Assembly (NCBI GenBank): GCA_951406725.2
Contig: OX597832.1
Coordinates: forward strand, 22,444,001 to 22,508,000
DNA length: 64,000 nt
From: Octopus vulgaris
Lineage: Eukaryota
Direction: 5' to 3'
In this document: one piece after another, positions 57,251 through 64,000 of the stretch
Position numbering within the stretch: the first letter of the stretch is position 1
Layout of the letters: each line of letters begins with the position of its first letter
Program-made: the position numbers and the translations under genes
The notes under the pieces: generated by a model
The model's database searches: none
Seen by the model: only the letters and a program-made list of their open reading frames with translations
What the model was told of the DNA's origin: nothing

Positions 57251-57323
57251 TACACACACATACATACCTACATACATACATACATGCATACATACATACA
57301 TAGATACATAGATACATAGATAC

Positions 57324-57388
<65 letters not shown>

Positions 57389-57569
57389 ACCAACGAACAA
57401 GGAGAAATCAACACCGGTTTTCAATCGGTGGTGGAGGACAAGCGCGCGCGCACACACACACACATACACATACACAAACATAAACACACACACATATACA
57501 CAAACATAAACACACATACACATAATGGGCTACTTCAAAGGAGGTGATAGAGTTAGTATCTATTTCTTT

Positions 57570-57684
57570 ACTAATAGTGGTTTTATCTCTAATTTAATAT
57601 AATATAATATTTTACTATAAAATTGGATTCAATCCTAAATCTGATTTTTCCCTGTAAGTTTGGATTTATTCCCTAATATTTTAT

Positions 57685-57686
<2 letters not shown>
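57570..57686. mobile_element. Partial copy of family F3 abutting (TA)n
   Basis: Reverse complement of 26730-26845. Confidence 0.75.
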
Positions 57687-57735
<49 letters not shown>

Positions 57736-58351
57736 GCTAGTTCAAAGGAGATGACAGAGTTAGCATCATGCTTAAAAAAATGTAATGGTGTTGAATTGTT
57801 CGACTAAAAGTCTTCCAGGCGGTGCCCAAGCTTGGCCGCAGTCGAATGACTAAAACAAGTAAAATAATAAAAGAGTAAAAAATTATAACAATAAACACAG
57901 TTACAACAACACGAACAATGATATCAACAATAACAACCATAGAAAAAACAACAACAACAACAGCCAGAACTGCCGTCACCACCATCACCACCACCACCAC
58001 CACCTCAACAACGATCACCACAACAACAGCATCAATGAGAACATTAATATAAATGTGCCAAGCAATAAAATGGATTATCTTAAGTAAACGTCCATATTTC
58101 TTAGTCAAAAAGCATCGAAACGAATAACGTGGTAGCGAGTTCTCGCCTTTGTTGTTGACAATGAATCAAATTATGAAAGACTAAAAGCAACGATGTGTCA
58201 ATCTATAGAAAGATTATCGCGATATAGATAATGATGATGATAATAATAATGATAATAATAATATATTTAACATAAATATACGCACACGCATGCGCGTAAA
58301 CACGTACCTGTATAGTTATACACAACGATGCACAAACACAGACGCAGAAAC

Positions 58352-58446
<95 letters not shown>

Positions 58447-58508
58447 CATATACATACACACAATATATATATATATAAATATATATATAACATACATATA
58501 TATATATA

Positions 58509-58587
<79 letters not shown>

Positions 58588-58591
58588 CATA

Positions 58592-58636
<45 letters not shown>

Positions 58637-58649
58637 CATACAAACATAC

Positions 58650-58696
<47 letters not shown>

Positions 58697-58699
58697 CAA

Positions 58700-58769
<70 letters not shown>

Positions 58770-59389
58770 ATATGTGAGTATATATATATATATCCACATA
58801 TGCCTAACATTAGACTATTTTCATTAATCAATGGAGGGTGATCGCTTATAAGATTGCAGTTTCCAAAATATTATTATGAATATATATAAATATATTTTGT
58901 ATTTCGGGATGGTTATTTTTTTTTTTTGCCAAATACACACACACACACACATATGTATGTAAGCATAAATATACAGAGATATATGTACGCATATATGTAT
59001 CTATCTAAAATTACAAGGGAGAAAAATTTTAAACCATTGGCCTAGAATATAAAAATCTCAAGATTCAGAAAAATTATCTGTATTTCCTGACAACGGTTGT
59101 ATGTGGGTCTGGAGACTCTGTGATCAAGAACAGGACTGGAAAAGATTGCTTGAAACTTGCTTAGAAATTCCTGAAGAAAATATTCGTCATCTGTGTATTA
59201 ACATGCCTAATAGGGTCCTTGGATCGTCTACTTAAATATCGAATATTCAAATTATAACAATTAATAAATAATTTGAATGTATAATTTCAGATTTAAATAA
59301 ATTTTAACGATTTTGAGGGTGTCTATTTATTTCTGTCATGTCTCTGTGTGTATATTTATGGATTATATGGATATATATTATAAATATGG

Positions 59390-59433
<44 letters not shown>

Positions 59434-59487
59434 GTATTTACATATCCATCTATCTACCTATTTCCTCTCTCTCTCTCTCTCTCTCTG

Positions 59488-59521
<34 letters not shown>

Positions 59522-59766
59522 TATGTTTAAAGGAAGTAAGAAAACGACTACAAAGAGACCGGAAGTAGCAAACAAACACATTGATGAAGCCAAACTCAGC
59601 AATGAATCAGAAACTAGCTTTGAAAAACAATCTCTTTATATCATCAGAAACAGGCTGTAAAGATGTGTGTGCCAAGGTATGATAGAGACGTAGTCAACGC
59701 TAATAAAATAATACACAATATGCATATGCATATACGCGCACACAAGCACAGACATATATGTATAAA

Positions 59767-59798
<32 letters not shown>

Positions 59799-59845
59799 CA
59801 TACACACACATTTATATATATATATATATCTATGATATCTATGTG

Positions 59846-59887
<42 letters not shown>

Positions 59888-59933
59888 TATGTATATGTAA
59901 TATATATTTATGTGTATATATATATATGTATGT

Positions 59934-60090
<157 letters not shown>

Positions 60091-60099
60091 CACACATTT

Positions 60100-60146
<47 letters not shown>

Positions 60147-60782
60147 CATATATATACACACATGTATGTCTATATGATCACCAGTTTAAGCAAAATTACA
60201 CTAACACACACAAAGATATTTTTATTGTATTAAGAAATATTGCTGTATATATTGGAACAGAATCCTCAAGAAGAAGAAGAAGAAGAAGAAGAAACTAAAT
60301 AAATCAGAAGAAGAATATGAAGGATTGAAACGTTCCGTGCCTCCCCACCAAAAAAAATAAATAAAAAAGGATAAAATATATAAAGAATAACCTTCAACAA
60401 CACAATAACTTAAACATTATCAAACAAAACCAACCAATACTTTTAGGATTAGAAGAAAGAAAACCCCATTAACGGTGGTAGATATATTAGGCCTCCTTAT
60501 CAAGTAGAACAGCTTTTGCTTAAAAGAACACGAAAACAAAGGCTTGATATATATATAAGGAACAAATGAATGGAAAAATCAATAGAATAATCGTTCTTCG
60601 TAGCCAAACGTTGTAAAATAACAGTTGAAGTCACAAACACCCTTGCTTAGTAGATGGATATAATGCAAGCCAAGTCCTGTTGACATGATGTCGAGCTGAA
60701 AGGAAATGTATTTCACATCGAAAAGGACGAGTGTTATAGGCTGAATGTGTTAGGCTGGCATTGAATATTATCGTCGTTAGAC

Positions 60783-61330
60783 TACGGCCATGCTGGGGCA
60801 TCACCCTGAAGAATTTTTAGTCGAACGAATCCAGCACAGTACTGGGTTTTTTTTTGTGAAGCTTGGTGCTTATTTTATCGGTCTCTTTTTTTCAGAAACG
60901 CTAAGTTACGGGGATGAAAACACACCAACATCGATTGCCAAGCGGTAGTGGCGGACAAACACGGCGGCCACGAAGGCACACACAAATACATACATACATA
61001 CATATATATATATATACATACATACACACATACACACATACATACATACATACATACATACATACATACATACATACATACATACATACACACATACATA
61101 CATACATACATACATACATACATACATACACACATACATACATACATACATACATACATACATACATACATACATACATACATACACGCACACATATATA
61201 CATATATATACATATATACGACGGGCTTCTTTCAGTATCCGTCTACCAAATCCACTCACAAAGTCTGGTCGATCCGAAGAAATAGTAGAAGACGCTTGCC
61301 TGAGGTGTCACGCTGTGGGACTGAACTCGG
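60783..61330 (-). mobile_element. SINE family B, diverged, with expanded (CATA)n
   Basis: Tail ggccatgctggggcatcacc, body, acgggcttctttcagtatccgtctaccaaatccactcac. Confidence 0.7.
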
Positions 61331-61588
61331 AGATCCGTGTGATTGGGAAGCGGTTGGGAAGCGGATATATCAAGGCGGCGAGCTGACAAAATCGTTAGCA
61401 CGCCGGCCGAAATGGTTTGAGCCAATTCGTCTGTCATCGGGTTTTCAGTTCAAACTCTCTTGAAGTCCACTTTGTTTTTCATCCTTACGGGTTGTTAAAA
61501 TAAGTATCAGTTTGAGTACTGGCTTCATCTAATCAGCTTAGCCTCTCCTCCGAAATTGCTGGCGTAGTGCCAAAATTTTAAATCAATA

Positions 61589-61977
<389 letters not shown>

Positions 61978-62167
61978 ATGTATGTATGTATGTATGTATG
62001 TATGTATGTATGTATGTATGTATCGGTACATGTATATGTGTGTGCAATCTAAGAGTGGTAGCATATTTTGCCGATAGTACTTAGGGAACGTAATCAATAG
62101 GCTGCGTAATCGCACGTTTCATATAAAGCTTAACAATTCCAGTTACGCTTACGATTCCTGTTATTAA

Positions 62168-62207
<40 letters not shown>

Positions 62208-62560
62208 TGTGTGTTTATATAAATATAAATCTATGTGTGTGTTTATATATATATAAATTTATGTGTTCTAGAGCACAGCGTATATTACCAGCCTCCAGTC
62301 AGTTTCCAGTATAGTGGTTAGGCAACTACTTAACTTGGTAGGTTTACTAATTATGGTATGCAAATGTAAGAGAAATTACGATAAACACAAATTCATGTCA
62401 TTTGTTCCGACATAGGTCTCACCAGTGTGATTAATTGGAACTCTGCATTGGTTATTCTTACCCCACAAAATATATAAACACTGCAGGCACGTGCTTAGGA
62501 CTAAATAATGTAAACTTGCGTTTATCGTAATGTCTCTTATTTACACATTTATCGATCAAA

Positions 62561-62641
<81 letters not shown>

Positions 62642-62722
62642 ACTCTCTCTCTTGTTCTCTCGCTCTCTCTATCTATGTCTGTCTGTCTGTCTACTTATCT
62701 ATCTATCTTTATATGTATATTA

Positions 62723-62754
<32 letters not shown>

Positions 62755-62776
62755 GCATATATATGTATATATATAT

Positions 62777-62856
<80 letters not shown>

Positions 62857-63620
62857 GCGTTCACACATGTATATTTATATCTTTATTTTCATATAATATA
62901 TATGGTCATCATGTCAGCTGAAGGCGAAGGAGAGACCGAATGTATAAATAGATGACCCTGTTGCCTAAATAGATTAATTATGCCTTACAGTAGGCGACAT
63001 TTGCAAATTTGTTCCAATAAGATTAATTAATTTTCTTTGCGCTTGATATTCATTTAACAAATTTAATCAATAACACTATTTGATCTCTTTGGAATAAAAT
63101 TTAAGCCAACATACTTAATTATTTATTTCTCACCATGTCTTTCCTTCTACTTAATCTTACTCTTTCTTCTACTTTTCCATGTGTTATTATCGGGAAAATG
63201 GCGGTGATTCAAAATGTTATGGCTGTTTTGACGATGTCGTTTATTCTCTGCTAAATCCTGACGTAGGAGAATTGTATTGTAACTATTCTACTTTTCTAAG
63301 GAAGTAAGCAAGCTTACGTTATCAAATTCGACCTTTTCTTATTAGATGGTAAAATACAATCTGAAGATTTGGGTTTAGTTTCATGTACTTCAGAACTCGT
63401 AGAGCATTCTCTATTGTTTGTTAACTTATCGGTGCGTTTTAGCAAGATATCCAGGTTATTATTATCACTAGGCGATGCCTTATTATATTTGACAAGACGT
63501 TCGCAATGATCTCAAACGACCCAGCTAACTCATGTATTTAAACAAGTCGCAACAGGCCAAAATATTCATCTTACATATATGCTCAAGATAGCTAGATCCA
63601 GTCTCTCACATTTACCATAC

Positions 63621-64000
63621 AATACCTATTTCTTTGCTACCCACAAGGGGCTAAACACAGAGAGGACAAACAAAGACAGACAAACGGATTAAGCCGATTA
63701 TATCGACCCCAGTGCGTAACTGGCACTTATTTAATCGACTGCGAAAGGATGAAAGGCACAGTTGACCTCGGCGGAATTTGAACTCAGAACATAGCGACAG
63801 ACAAAATACCTATTTCTTTACTACTCACAAGGGCTAAACACAGAGAGGACAAACAAGGACAGACAAACGGATTAAGCCGATTATATCGATCCCAGTGCGT
63901 AAATGGTACTTATTCAACCGACCCCGAAAGAATGAAAGGCAAAGTCGACCTCGGCGGAATTTGAACTCGAAACGTAGTGGCAGACAAAATACCGCTAAGC
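63621..64000 (-). mobile_element. SINE family A tandem dimer running off the window end
   Basis: Two units joined at aaatacctatttc. Confidence 0.85.

Overview
Eukaryotic, AT-rich and extremely microsatellite-dense DNA; the SINE families and simple repeats suggest an octopus/coleoid genome (inference). The only host gene I can support is a minus-strand class A (rhodopsin-like) neuropeptide-type GPCR. Four in-phase coding exons (56340-56463, 33205-33407, 30721-30832, 28822-29214) cover the end of TM3 to the stop codon; the TM1-3 exon(s) were not found and probably lie beyond 64 kb. The 112-nt ICL3 exon is missing from the ORF track and was found by splice-phase matching. The rest is mobile DNA: three abundant tRNA-derived SINE families (one in head-less tandem multimers), L1/Tx1 and R4/Dong-like LINE fragments, Tc1/mariner relics, MITEs and non-autonomous Helitrons. 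The most unusual signal is a set of short, non-coding, Penelope-like elements. Most sit in or beside (TA)n tracts, four are long near-perfect foldbacks, and several fold by eye into minimal (dimer-type) hammerhead ribozymes with non-canonical cores: a G3-C8 swap, a U4C variant, an A6U variant, and one inside a tRNA-headed SINE. Ribozyme calls are manual folds, not computed or tested. Nearly all ORFs in the supplied track are microsatellite artefacts.
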